Assembly: GCA_963849405.1 (NCBI GenBank)
Contig: CAWKHG010000001.1
Span: 215,513 to 279,512 of the forward strand
Length of the DNA stretch: 64,000 nt
From: an uncultured Chloroflexia bacterium
GTDB taxonomy: Bacteria; Chloroflexota; Limnocylindria; Limnocylindrales; CSP1-4
Direction of reading: 5' to 3'
The notes beneath the pieces are model-generated. The model searched no databases and was not told where the DNA came from. It worked only from the letters and a program-made list of their open reading frames with translations. A program made the translations under genes and the position numbers. This document shows, piece by piece, positions 1 through 10,113 of the stretch (the first letter of the stretch is position 1; each line of letters starts with the position of its first letter).

Positions 1-710
1 GGGCCGCGGCGGCCGAGGTCAGGTCGCCCAGCCGCTCGGTCGGGGGGACGAGCTCCGGCAGCAGGCCGGGATCGACCGGGATGGCCCGCCACTTCCAGTC
101 GCGACCTGGCGGCCCAGCGGAGGGCCTTGTAGTCGAACGGCATGTAGCCGACCTGGGCCGCGGTCGCGTCCACGAAGCGCCCGGTGAGGCGGTGGCTGAG
201 GAAGCCAGACAGGTAGAGGAAGTGGGCCGTCCGCCGCCAGATGTCGGGCTCGTTTGCGCGGATCCAGTTCGCCTCCGCGTCGGCCTGGAAGGCGGCGACC
301 GTGTCGCGGACGCCGAGGGCCCGGAACGCGAGGCCGGTGATCCCGCCGATGGCGGGCATGGCGCTCGCCCGGCGCTGGTCGAGCCAGACCATGGCCGGCC
401 GGAGCACGCGATCGGCCTCGTCGAGGCAGACGATCGTGCCCCGCTGGGTCGTCAGCGCGATGGCCGCGACCGAATCGGGGGAAGCGCCGGGCATCGCCCA
501 GAGCGTCCGGCAGGCGTCGCCGAGCGAGCGCCAGTAGAGCTCGGGATCCTGCTCGGCCCAGCCGGGCTGCGGCGAGACGTACGGCTCGATCGGGACCTTG
601 GCCCGCGCGAGGAGCTCGCCGCGGGGGTCGAAGAGCAGGGCACGCACGCTCTGGGTGCCGACGTCGAGGGCCAGCAGCCGGTCGGCGGCAGCGGCGCGTG
701 GGCCGGTCAT
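1..710 (-). CDS. FGGY-family carbohydrate kinase, N-terminal ~236 codons; 3' end lies beyond the window edge
   Basis: Reverse translation from ATG at 710 gives MTGPRAAAADRLLALDVGTQSVRALLFDPRGELLARAKVPIEPYVSPQPGWAEQDPELYW...VWLDQRR, the classic FGGY N-terminal motif. It is absent from the ORF track because it has no stop inside the window. Its ATG overlaps the stop of the upstream oxidase gene (ATGA). Confidence 0.85.
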   Translation of the reverse strand, partial: MTGPRAAAADRLLALDVGTQSVRALLFDPRGELLARAKVPIEPYVSPQPGWAEQDPELYWRSLGDACRTLWAMPGASPDSVAAIALTTQRGTIVCLDEADRVLRPAMVWLDQRRASAMPAIGGITGLAFRALGVRDTVAAFQADAEANWIRANEPDIWRRTAHFLYLSGFLSHRLTGRFVDATAAQVGYMPFDYKALRWAARSRLEVAGHPGRSRPAAGARPPDRAAGRPDLGRRG

Positions 711-2435
711 CGGGCGGTCCTCCTCGTGCTCGGGGCGGGTGCTCGGCGGGGCGCTCGGGTCGTTGCCGCGACCAGAGCGGCCGGCGCGCCCGCTTCGGCG
801 GTGTCCGCCCCGGCGTCGGCGAGCAGCGCGCCCGGGTTCAGGATCCCCTTCGGGTCGAAGGTCGCGGGCCAGACCTTCCAGGGCGGCCATGCCGGGTGCC
901 CCCTTCTCGGCGGCCAGGTACGGGGCGTGGTCGCGCCCCACGCCGTGCTGGTGGCTGATCGTGCCGCCGCCGGCCACGATCGCCTCGGATGCCGTCGCCT
1001 TGAGGCGCGCCCAGCGCTCCAGCGTCCGGTCGGGGTCCTCGGACAGGCGGAAGACGTACGTCGTGTACAGGCTCGAGCCCGACGGGTAGACGTGCGACAG
1101 GTGGGTGAACGCGTGCACCCGCTCGCCCTCGGCCGACAGGCCCTGGCGCAGGCCGGGCGCGACGGTCGCCAGGAGTCCCGGCACGGCCGGCCAGGGCGCC
1201 GCCGTCTCGAGCGTGTCGACCGCGTAGCCCGCGTCCCACAGGGCGTTGCGGAGGTACGCGCGACCGGAAGCGCTGGGCGACCCAGGCATGGCCGAACGAC
1301 CGCGGCAGGCCGATGCCGTGATGCCGCGCCGACGATCGTCGCGATCTCCCTTCGTGCCGCGCCCACGAGGCGGCGGCGGCCCGTCACGGCGAGGATGAGC
1401 AGGCAGCGCTCGGGGCCTGCGCCGCGCCAGCGCAGGTAGCGGGTGATCAGCGCGATCGTGCGCGGCCGACCCGCCATCGCCAGGGTCGTCCGCGTCTCGG
1501 GCGCCGTCTGGAGCCGGATCATCGAGAGCGGCAGCCGGGCCTGGGCCAGCTCCCGGCTCGCGGCGAGGCCGCGCTCCAGGTCCGGCATCGCGTAGGCGAC
1601 CCAGTCCTCCCGTTCGGGGAGTGGCGCGATCCGGACCGTCGCCCGGGTGACGAACCCGAAGCCGGCCCTCCGAGCCCAGCACGACCTGGCGAAGGTCGGG
1701 GCCGGCCGCCGAGGCGGGGAAGGGCGGCAGGTCGAGCGGGCCCACGGGCGTCTCGAGGTGGCCGCCGGCGAACAGGTCCTCGATGCGCCCGTAGCCGCGC
1801 GACTGCTGCCCGGACGAGCGCGCCGCGATCCAGCCGCCGAGCGTCGAGTACTCGAACGACTGCGGGAAGTGGCCGAGCGTCGATCCGTGCTTGCCGAGCT
1901 CGGCCTCGAGAACGGGGCCGGCGATGCCCGCCCCGAAGGTCGCCAGCCCAGCCGCCGGGTCCACGTCGAAGACGGACGCGAGGCGGTCCAGGGCGACCGT
2001 GACGGTCGGTCCGGAACCGGGTGGCCGCGTGACGTGGCCGGCCACGGTCGTGCCGCCGCCGTACGGCACCAGGGACGTGCCCGTCTCGGCCGCCCAGCGC
2101 AGGAGCTCGCGGATGTCCTCGTCGGTCGAAGGATGGGCGACGCCATCGGGCAGCCAGCCGACGCGGCCGGAGCGGAGCGCGACCCAGTCGGGGAGCGACT
2201 GGCCACGGGCGTGGCGCAGGCGCTCCTCCGGGTCGGTCCGGACGAGGCGATGCGTCGGCGTCCGCGCCTCAGGAACCCCCGCGAGGGCGGTCTCGAGGGA
2301 AGCGTCCCGGACCCGCACGCCAGGCCCGATCTCACGTTCCAGGAACGCGTCCGTTCCGGCCGGCAGGGCGACCTGGATGGCGTCGTCTCCCCAGCCGTTC
2401 CAGCGCCGCACGACCACCTCCGCCGCGACGGGCAA
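707..2435 (-). pseudogene. FAD-linked oxidase (alkyl-DHAP-synthase / GlcD-like); reading frame broken about 4 times (true pseudogene or assembly indels)
   Basis: Conserved segments sit in different reverse frames. From TTG 2435: RRWNGWGDDAIQVALP...LGHFPQSFEYSTLGGWIAARSSGQQS...GSEG. Then GFGFVTRATVRIAPLPEREDW...ILAVTG. Then HHGIGLPRSFGHAWVAQRFRS. Then YLRNALWDAGYAVDTLETA...GTISHQHGVGRDH. Finally FDPKGILNPGALL. Frame switches lie near 1665, 1327, 1257 and 865. Confidence 0.75.
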
Positions 2436-2484
2436 GGACGCTGCCCGGCGCCTCCGATGGTAGTCCGCGACGGGCCGCCGGTGG

Positions 2485-2515
2485 TTGACACCGCGAGGTT
2501 GATTGCATATAACCT
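2485..2515 (+). promoter_or_regulatory. candidate promoter/operator of the GntR-family gene
   Basis: TTGACA (2485-2490), a 17-nt spacer and TATAAC (2508-2513) in a locally AT-rich patch. An AGGTT-N10-AACCT inverted repeat (2496-2515) overlaps the -10. Confidence 0.45.
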
Positions 2516-2589
2516 TATCAGCAAGATGGTCCCGGCCCCGAGGGGTCGGCACGGCGCCCACGGCACCCCCGGTACCGCGAGGACCCCGC

Positions 2590-3438
2590 TTGGCACCTTT
2601 CGCGCTCGAGCCAGGACCGATCCCGCTCCATCACCAGGTCTACGTCGACCTGCTCGCCCGGATCCAGAGCGGGGACTGGGCGGTCGGGCACCGCCTGCCG
2701 CCCGAGCGCGAGCTCGCCGAACGGTACGGCTGCAGCCTCATCACGGTCCGCCGAGCCCTGGCCGACCTCGCCCGCGAGGAGCACCTGGAGCGGACGAGGG
2801 GACGGGGCACGTTCGTGACGACGCCCCGGATCGTGCGCGACCTCACCTCCACGTTCAGCTTCGCCGAGGAGATGGAGCTCCACGGGCTGACGCCGCGCAC
2901 GGAGCTGCTGACCGCCCGCCGCGAGCCGGCGAGCGAGGCTGTCGCCGACACGCTCGGCCTCGCGCCCGGTGCCCCGGTCGTCTTCCTCGAGCGCCGGCGC
3001 AGTGCCGCCGAGGTGCCCCTTCTGCTCGAGCAGGTCCGACTGTCCGCGGACCGGTTCCCGGAGCTCCTGGACGCGGACCTGGAGCACGGCTCGCTGTACG
3101 ACTTCCTCGCCCGGCGCTACGACTGCCACGTCGAGCGGCTGCACGAGACGCTCGAGCCGATCCTCCTGCCCAGCCGCGAAGCGCGCCTGCTCGGCCAGGA
3201 ACGCGGCCTGCCGGCCCTCCTCCTCGAGGGCACGGCCTTCGACCAGGACGGGCTGCCGGTCGAGGTGAGCCGGACGTACGTGCCCGGCAAGCGCTCGAAG
3301 TTCCACATCGAATCACGGGGTCGCTCGGCACGCGGGCTCCGAGCCATGCGCGCGCCGGCGGCCGAACCGCTGGAGATCGAACCGCTCGTGGGGGTCGCCG
3401 CGGCGAGCCTCGGACGAGTGGGCGGGCGGCGCCGATAA
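2590..3438 (+). CDS. GntR-family (HutC subfamily, UTRA effector domain) transcriptional regulator
   Basis: ORF 2503..3438 contains IPLHHQVYVDLLARIQSGDWAVGHRLPPERELAERYGCSLITVRRALADLAREEHLERTRGRGTFV (winged HTH) followed by a UTRA-like C-terminal half. TTG at 2590 with GAGGA upstream is my preferred start; the start is uncertain. Confidence 0.85.
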   Translation: MAPFALEPGPIPLHHQVYVDLLARIQSGDWAVGHRLPPERELAERYGCSLITVRRALADLAREEHLERTRGRGTFVTTPRIVRDLTSTFSFAEEMELHGLTPRTELLTARREPASEAVADTLGLAPGAPVVFLERRRSAAEVPLLLEQVRLSADRFPELLDADLEHGSLYDFLARRYDCHVERLHETLEPILLPSREARLLGQERGLPALLLEGTAFDQDGLPVEVSRTYVPGKRSKFHIESRGRSARGLRAMRAPAAEPLEIEPLVGVAAASLGRVGGRRR

Positions 3439-3522
3439 GGCGCTGTCGCGGAGAGAGGAGGCAACCCGACGTCCCAGCACCCGGATCCCGTCAACCCCCG
3501 GTCACCCAACGCGAGGAGTCCG

Positions 3523-5019
3523 ATGCGCACGAGATATCTGCGTCCAGCCGTCCTGTTCGCGATCGTCGCGATCATCTTCTCGGCCTGCGGCGGCACCGCC
3601 ACGCCGGTCCCGAGCGCAGCGTCACCGTCGACGGCCGTCGCGACGGCAGCGCCGTCGACCGCCGCGCCTGCGTTCAGCCCCACGCCGGAGCCCACGGGGC
3701 CTCCGGTCACGATCAGCTGGTTCTGCTGCCTGGGCGGCGGGGACGAGCCCAGCACGCTCAAGGTCTTCGACACGCTGGTCAAGGAGTTCAACGCGTCGCA
3801 GAAGCACATCATCCTGAAGTTCGACCACGTCGCCTATGAAGGCGCGCGCGACGCGTTCGCGACGCGGTTGGGATCGAACAACCCGCCCGACCTCGTCGGA
3901 CCGCTGGGCGTCGGCGGGGCCAACGCCTTCGCCGGGCAGTGGCTCGAGCTGTCCCAGTACATCAAGAACAACAACATCGACCTGACCGGCTTCGACGAGG
4001 GCGTCGTCAACCTCAACAAGTCGACGACGGGCGAACAGTTCGGCCTTCCGTTCGCGATCTACCCGTCCGAGCTGTACATCCAGCCCGACATGTTCGAGGA
4101 GGTCGGCCTCAACCCGCCGCCCGCCACCTACGGCACGCAGTACCAGATGCCGGACGGCTCGATGGTCGACTGGGATTACAACACCGTGCGCACGGTCGCC
4201 ATGAAGCTCACGCTGGACAAGAACAGCAAGAGCGCCGACGACCCAGCCTTCGACGCCAAGCACATCGTCCAGTACGGCTTCGAGCCCCAGCGCGACGACC
4301 TGCGGACCATGGACGCCGCGTTCTTCGGCAAGGGCAAGTTCTTGTCCGACGACGGCAAGACCGTCCAGATCCCCGACGCCTGGGCCGCCGCCTGGAAGTG
4401 GACCTACGACGGGATGTGGAAGGACCACTTCATCATGACCGGCCCGGTATTCCAGGGGCAGGCCTTCAACGGCGGTGGCTTCGCGTTCAATTCGGGCAAG
4501 GTCGCCATGCACGAGAACTACCTGTGGGGCGTCTGCTGCGTGACCGAGGCCGGCGGGAACTGGGACCTGGCCGCGCTGCCGTCCTACAACGGCACCGTGA
4601 CCGCCCCGATCAACGCCGACACGTTCCGGATCACCAAGAAGTCGAAGCATCCCGACGAGGCGTTCACCGCCCTGAGCTACCTCCTCCTCGGAGCAGGCAA
4701 GACCCGGCTGCTCAACTCGATCTCGGCCTTCCCGGCACTCAAGGCGGATCAGGCGACGTTCTTCAGCCAGCTCGAGCAGCAGAAGGACGACAAGGGCAAG
4801 CTGATCTATCCGGCCAACGTCAACTGGCAGGTCGTGACGGACGCGATCCCGTTCGCCGATATCGATCCGAACTCCGAGAACGTCATGCCCAACTACAACA
4901 AGTCACTCGACACCCTGGCCAAGTACCTGACCAGGTGGACCTCGACCGCCGGACTCGACATGGACGCCGAATTCGGCAAACTCAAGACCGAGCTCCAGTC
5001 CGTCTGGGACTCCAAGTAG
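3523..5019 (+). CDS. ABC transporter extracellular solute-binding lipoprotein (carbohydrate type)
   Basis: Lipoprotein signal MRTRYLRPAVLFAIVAIIFSACGG, then a Thr/Pro/Ala linker. It is 498 aa, has family-1 SBP composition, and is followed by two permease genes. Confidence 0.85.
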   Translation: MRTRYLRPAVLFAIVAIIFSACGGTATPVPSAASPSTAVATAAPSTAAPAFSPTPEPTGPPVTISWFCCLGGGDEPSTLKVFDTLVKEFNASQKHIILKFDHVAYEGARDAFATRLGSNNPPDLVGPLGVGGANAFAGQWLELSQYIKNNNIDLTGFDEGVVNLNKSTTGEQFGLPFAIYPSELYIQPDMFEEVGLNPPPATYGTQYQMPDGSMVDWDYNTVRTVAMKLTLDKNSKSADDPAFDAKHIVQYGFEPQRDDLRTMDAAFFGKGKFLSDDGKTVQIPDAWAAAWKWTYDGMWKDHFIMTGPVFQGQAFNGGGFAFNSGKVAMHENYLWGVCCVTEAGGNWDLAALPSYNGTVTAPINADTFRITKKSKHPDEAFTALSYLLLGAGKTRLLNSISAFPALKADQATFFSQLEQQKDDKGKLIYPANVNWQVVTDAIPFADIDPNSENVMPNYNKSLDTLAKYLTRWTSTAGLDMDAEFGKLKTELQSVWDSK

Positions 5020-5085
5020 TCAACGCGCCTGACCGTCCCCGCCCGACGGGCGGGGACGGACCTCCCGAAGAGGAGTGATGGAGCC

Positions 5086-6021
5086 ATGACCGCGATCCCG
5101 CTGCGCCGCCGACGCGGGCTGTCGCCCCTCGCCCGGCGCGAGGCACGCTGGGCACTGATCTTCCTGTCCCCCTGGATCATCGGCTTCTTCGTGTTCCTGC
5201 TGCTGCCGATGATCGCCACGCTCCTGTTCACCTTCAGCAACATCAACCTGAACCAGGCCGAGCCGCTCCGGTTCGTCGGCCTCGACAACTACGCGAAGGT
5301 GCTCCGCGACCAGCAGACCTGGGAGTCGCTGGGGGTCACGCTCAAGTTCGCGGCCATCGCGCTGCCGGTCTCGGTGATCCTGCCCTTCCTCGTCGCGCTG
5401 CTCCTCGCCAGCCCGCACCTCAGGGCTTCGGGACTCTTCCGGGTCCTGTTCTTCATGCCCTACGTCGTGCCGTTCGTGGCCGGCGTGCTGATCTGGCAGT
5501 CCATGCTCAACCCGGACAGCGGCTGGATCGCCCTGGTCCTCAAGGGCATCGGCATCGCCGACCCGCCGGACTGGCTGCAGGACCCCACGTTCGTCTACCC
5601 GGGCCTGGTGATCCTGGGCCTGTGGGGGATCGGTGGCGGGGTCATCGTCTATCTGGCCGGCCTCAAGGGCATCCCGACCGAGCTGTTCGACGCCGCCCGG
5701 ATCGACGGCGCCGGCTGGTGGGCCAGCCTGCGCCACGTGACGCTGCCGATGATCTCGCCGGTGATCTTCTACACGCTCATCCTGGCCATCGTCGAGCTGC
5801 TCCAGTACTTCCTCGTCCCGCTCGTGCTCAACCAGGGGACCGGGGAGCCGGGCGGCACGACGCTGTTCCTGAACCTGTACCTGTACAAGAACTTCTTCGC
5901 CTACCAGGACATGTCGTACGGGGCGACCCTGGCCTGGCTCCTGTTCGGGGTGACCCTGCTCATCACGATCGTCCTCTTCAAGACCTCGCGGCGCTGGGTC
6001 TACTACGCGGGCGAGCGGTGA
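5086..6021 (+). CDS. ABC sugar transporter permease (MalF/UgpA-like)
   Basis: Six-TM protein with a conserved EAA-type loop: LFDAARIDGAGWWASLRHVTLPMISPVIFY. Confidence 0.9.
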   Translation: MTAIPLRRRRGLSPLARREARWALIFLSPWIIGFFVFLLLPMIATLLFTFSNINLNQAEPLRFVGLDNYAKVLRDQQTWESLGVTLKFAAIALPVSVILPFLVALLLASPHLRASGLFRVLFFMPYVVPFVAGVLIWQSMLNPDSGWIALVLKGIGIADPPDWLQDPTFVYPGLVILGLWGIGGGVIVYLAGLKGIPTELFDAARIDGAGWWASLRHVTLPMISPVIFYTLILAIVELLQYFLVPLVLNQGTGEPGGTTLFLNLYLYKNFFAYQDMSYGATLAWLLFGVTLLITIVLFKTSRRWVYYAGER

Positions 6022-6028
6022 GCGGGCG

Positions 6029-7147
6029 ATGAGCACACCCGACGCCCTCGCGGCCGGGGCGACCTCGGCTCCACGACCCGGGGTCCTGGTTCGTCTCCGA
6101 CGGCGGCTGCGGCCTCGCGCGGCCAAGTCGGCCGGCCGCTCGTTCATCGTCACGTTCGTGGCCGTCGTGCTGGTGGCGGCCTTCCTTTCGCCGCTCATCC
6201 GCTCGGTGAGCCTGTCGATCAAGAACCCGACGCAGATCGCCGCCGTCGAGTCGCCGATCTGGCCGGCCAGTCCCGGGCTCTTCACGTACAAGGATCGCGA
6301 CTACCCGCTGTACCAGGTGCCGATCGACGGCACGATCAAGAACCTGGCCCTGGTCCGGAAGGGCCTCCAGTCGAGCCAGTTCGCCGACCCGGCCGCCGGG
6401 CCGACAGGACCGCTCATCACCTGGCAGGGCGCCTGGCGGACGCTCCAGCCGGCCTACGTCCTGGATCCCCACTTCGAGAACTTCACGAACGTGTGGGACC
6501 AGATCCACTACCCGCGCCTGCTGTTCAACACGATCGTGATCGCCCTGCTCGGGATGATCGGCACGGTCGTGTCGTGCACGCTCGTCGCGTACGGCTTCGC
6601 CCGTTTCCGGTTCCCCGGCCGGAACACGCTCTTCCTGCTCGTCATCGCGACGATCTTCCTGCCCGGCGCGGTCACGATCATCCCCACGTACACGCTCTTC
6701 TCGGAGATCGGCTGGACCGGCACCTGGCTCCCGCTCATCGTCCCGGCGTTCTTCGCCAACGCCTATGACGTGTTCCTGCTGCGCCAGTACCTGCTCACGA
6801 TCCCGCGCGAGATGGACGAGGCGGCGGCGATCGACGGGGCCGGCCCCTTCAAGACCCTGACCGCGGTGATCATCCCGCAGGCCTGGCCGGTGATCACGGC
6901 CGTGGCGATCTTCCACCTCGTCTACTCGTGGAATGACTTCTTCGGGCCGCTCATCTACCTGTCCGGGCACGAGGACCTCCAGACCGTGGCCGTCGGCCTG
7001 GCCAACTTCAGCGGCGCGCGCATCGCCCAGGACCCGGGCCTCATCATGGCGGGCACGCTCATGACGCTCATCGTTCCGGTCATCCTGTTCATCGTGTTCC
7101 AGCGCGTCTTCGTCCGCGGCATCGTCATCACGGGGGTGGAGAAGTAG
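6029..7147 (+). CDS. ABC sugar transporter permease (MalG/UgpE-like) with a long first periplasmic loop
   Basis: Contains EAAAIDGAGPFKTLTAVIIPQAWPVITAVAIFHLVYSWNDFFGPLIYL. Starts 8 nt after the preceding permease. Confidence 0.9.
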   Translation: MSTPDALAAGATSAPRPGVLVRLRRRLRPRAAKSAGRSFIVTFVAVVLVAAFLSPLIRSVSLSIKNPTQIAAVESPIWPASPGLFTYKDRDYPLYQVPIDGTIKNLALVRKGLQSSQFADPAAGPTGPLITWQGAWRTLQPAYVLDPHFENFTNVWDQIHYPRLLFNTIVIALLGMIGTVVSCTLVAYGFARFRFPGRNTLFLLVIATIFLPGAVTIIPTYTLFSEIGWTGTWLPLIVPAFFANAYDVFLLRQYLLTIPREMDEAAAIDGAGPFKTLTAVIIPQAWPVITAVAIFHLVYSWNDFFGPLIYLSGHEDLQTVAVGLANFSGARIAQDPGLIMAGTLMTLIVPVILFIVFQRVFVRGIVITGVEK

Positions 7148-7185
7148 CCAGCCCAGGCGGGGGTGCGTCCGCGCGACCCACGCGG

Positions 7186-8224
7186 ATGGCCGCAGAGATC
7201 GCCGAGAGCCCGGACGTGGTCGCCCGCGTCCTCTCCGAGGGTGCGCCGGCCATCGCCGCCGCGGCCGCCGCGGTCCGGGCCGCCCGGCCGCGCTGGGCGA
7301 GCGTCGTCGCCCGGGGCACCTCGGACCACGCCGGGATCTACGGCCGGTTCCTCATCGAGACCCAGCTCGGGATCCCGGTCGGGCTCGCGTCGCCGTCGGT
7401 CACGACGATCTACGAGGCCCGGATCCGCTGGCGCGGCGGCCTGCTCCTGGCCATCTCGCAGTCCGGCCAGAGCCCGGACATCGTCGGGGTCACGACGGCC
7501 GCGCGGGCCGACGGTGCGCTGACGATCGCGGTCACCAACGAGCCCGAGTCGCCGTTCGCAGCCGCGGCCGACCACGTCATCCCCTGTCTGGCCGGCGAGG
7601 AGCGAGCGGTGGCCGCCACGAAGACCTACTCCGCCGAGCTGGCCGGCCTGGCCGGGCTCGTCGGCGCGCTCGCCCCGCGATCGCCGCTGGAGCGGGCGCT
7701 GGCCCGGCTCCCCGATGAGCTGCGGCGGGTCCTGGCGACCTCCGCGGCCTGGGTCACGGGCGACGGGGACGAGCTCGTCGGCCAGGTCGCCGCATCGGGG
7801 CGGGCGCTCGTCGCGTCACGCGGGTTCGACCTCGCGACCGCACTCGAGATCGCCCTCAAGCTCAAGGAGACGAGCCGCATCTTCGCCGAGGGCTACTCCA
7901 CCGCGGACCTCGAGCACGGCCCGGTCGCCCTCGCGGGGCCAAGCATCCCGACGCTGATCCTGCGTCCGGACGGCCGGATGGGCGCGGCCATCGATCCGGC
8001 GATCCGGCGGGTGGAGGCATCGCGCTCACGGCCGTGGCTGATCGGCGGCCGGGAGCTGACGACGGCCGGCCGCACGCTGGGCCTCGCGTTCGACCTGCCC
8101 GAGGCGCTCAGCCCGCTGGCGTTCATCCTGCCCGGCCAGCTGCTCGCCGAGGCAGTCGCCCGGAGTGCGGGCTTCGATCCCCGATTCGCCCGCCGGCCTC
8201 ACGAAGGTGACCCGGACGAACTGA
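7186..8224 (+). CDS. SIS-domain sugar-phosphate isomerase/aminotransferase-like protein (GlmS C-terminal-like, no glutaminase domain); 3' frameshift
   Basis: Contains ARGTSDHAGIYGRFLIETQLGIPV...LLLAISQSGQSPDIV...AVTNEPESPFAAAADHVIP...ERAVAATKTYSAEL. As read, the ORF runs to 8292. Dropping one C of the CCCC run at 8179-8182 gives the canonical end GFDPDSPAGLTKVTRTN-stop at 8224. Confidence 0.8.
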
Positions 8225-8272
8225 TCTCCGTCCGCGGCGCCGCGGCGGCCACGCCGCCCCCAGGATCGCCGC

Positions 8273-9928
8273 TCAGCCCACCGAGACGCTGATCGTGTGA
8301 TGGCCGCGTGCGCCATCGGGCGCCGGTGGCGTGACGTCGGCGGTCTGCACGGCGCCGGTCCCGTCGGTCGCCCGGACCTCGATCGTGTGCCGGCCGGGCG
8401 TGGCCGTCCAGGGGACCCGCCACTGGACCCAGACCGCCTTCGAGATCTCGCCGGACAGCATGCACGTGAGCCAGGGGCCCTGGTCGATCGACACCTCGAC
8501 CTTCGAGATCCCCCGGTCGGGCGCCCACGCGACGCCGGCGATGGTCACCGGCCCGGCCTTGACGGACTGGCCGTTCCGCGGCACGTCGATGCGCGACTGG
8601 GTCAGGATCGGCCCGAGCTTCGACCAGCCGAGCGGGATCCAGTAGCCGTCGAATGCCTCGAGGGTCGTCATCTGGATCTCGGACAGCCATTTCGTGGCGC
8701 TGACGTAGCCGTACAGGCCGGGGACCATGAGGCGGGCCGGGTAGCCGTGGATGACCGGCAGGGGCTCGTCGTTCATCGCCAGGGCGATCATCGGGTCGCG
8801 GACCGGGTCCATCGCGTGCGCGGTCGGGAAGCCGGCCGTGAAACCGTCCACCGAGCGCCCGACGAGCTGCGTCGCACCGGCCTGGACGCCGGCAGCGGCG
8901 AGGACGTCGCGCAGGTGGACGCCGGTCCACTTGGCGTTGCCGACGAGATCCCCGCCGACCTCGTTCGAGACGCACTGGATCGTGACGTACTGCTCGAAGA
9001 GGGGCATCGTCGTGAGGTCGGAGTAGGTCATCGTCAGCGGGTGGTCGACCATGCCGCTGACCTTCATGGACCAGCCGGCGGCATCGACGTGGGGCGGCAG
9101 GAGCGCCGTGTCGATCCGGTAGAAGGCGCTGTTCGGGACGACGATGGGCGTGATCCCGGGAACGGCCAGCGACTGGGCCGGCGTCAGCGGGGCGACGGTG
9201 ACGGCCGGACGGGGGAGGGCGACGGCCGGCGGGAGGGTCAGCGCGCGACGGTCCAGCAGGAGACGGCCGACACCGCCGGCGAGGATCGCCCCGCCGGCCA
9301 GGACCCCGCTGCGGACGAGGAAGCCGCGCCGATCCCAGTCCGGCATGGCCGCCGCCGCCCGGGCGCGCGTGGGGGTCGCGGGTGCAGCCGTGCCCGTGCC
9401 CAATCTCTCGAGGAGGAGGCGCAGCGCCCAGAGCCCGGCCGCCACGGCCACGATGGTCGTGATCACGGACAGGATGGGTGCGATGAGCGGCTCGCGCAGC
9501 GCGGCCACGAGGGCCACCAGGCCGAACGCGCCGAACGCCCACGTGGCCCGGCCGATGTCGCGGCTCGCGGCGATCCCGACCGCCGCGGCGATGGCCAGGG
9601 CGACCAGCACGATGACGATGTTCAGGGCCAGCTTGTCGTTCGTGCCGAAGAGGCTGACGACGACGTCCTTGGCGCCCGGCGGCTGGAGGTCGATGATCAG
9701 GGCGCCGATCGCGAGGATGAGCGACGGGGCCCCCGAGACGACGCCGGCGATGAGCTCCGCGACCGCCATCGACACGCCGGCGGCGACCGCTCCCGCGAGG
9801 GCCGGGGCCCCGAACCGGCGCCATCGGCCGCCCACCGGCGCCACCGGCGGCGCGGCGGGGGTCTCAGGCGTCTTCTGTCGCACCGCCTTCTCGAGGGCGG
9901 GCACTCGCGGTTGGGTTTTGTCGGTCAC
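8273..9928 (-). CDS. membrane-anchored molybdopterin-dependent oxidoreductase (sulfite-oxidase / YedY fold family)
   Basis: N-terminal multi-TM region, a Tat-like RRGFLVRSG, then FYRIDTAL...HPLTMTYSDL...VTIQCVSNEVGGDLVGNAKWTGVHLRDVL...PLPVIHGYPARLMVPGLYGYVSATKWLSEIQ and an Ig-like C-terminal domain. Confidence 0.85.
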   Translation of the reverse strand: MTDKTQPRVPALEKAVRQKTPETPAAPPVAPVGGRWRRFGAPALAGAVAAGVSMAVAELIAGVVSGAPSLILAIGALIIDLQPPGAKDVVVSLFGTNDKLALNIVIVLVALAIAAAVGIAASRDIGRATWAFGAFGLVALVAALREPLIAPILSVITTIVAVAAGLWALRLLLERLGTGTAAPATPTRARAAAAMPDWDRRGFLVRSGVLAGGAILAGGVGRLLLDRRALTLPPAVALPRPAVTVAPLTPAQSLAVPGITPIVVPNSAFYRIDTALLPPHVDAAGWSMKVSGMVDHPLTMTYSDLTTMPLFEQYVTIQCVSNEVGGDLVGNAKWTGVHLRDVLAAAGVQAGATQLVGRSVDGFTAGFPTAHAMDPVRDPMIALAMNDEPLPVIHGYPARLMVPGLYGYVSATKWLSEIQMTTLEAFDGYWIPLGWSKLGPILTQSRIDVPRNGQSVKAGPVTIAGVAWAPDRGISKVEVSIDQGPWLTCMLSGEISKAVWVQWRVPWTATPGRHTIEVRATDGTGAVQTADVTPPAPDGARGHHTISVSVG

Positions 9929-10113
9929 GTCGTCCTACAGGCTATCCGTGATTGATTCGCCTGTCGTGCGTCGCCGGATGAGGGGCGAGCCGGCCGGCCC
10001 GGCCGTGCGTGTTGACGCGCCGCCACGGGTCGCGGACGGCGAGCGTGGCGGAAGGTATGCTCTGCGCCGCCCGGGCCCCGCGAGGCCGCCAGGGCCCACG
10101 GAGTCCGAACCCC

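Noticed and set aside
1647-3839. 730-aa plus-strand ORF spanning the oxidase, the GntR gene and the SBP start
   Set aside because: Proline/arginine-rich shadow frame that crosses three real genes on both strands.
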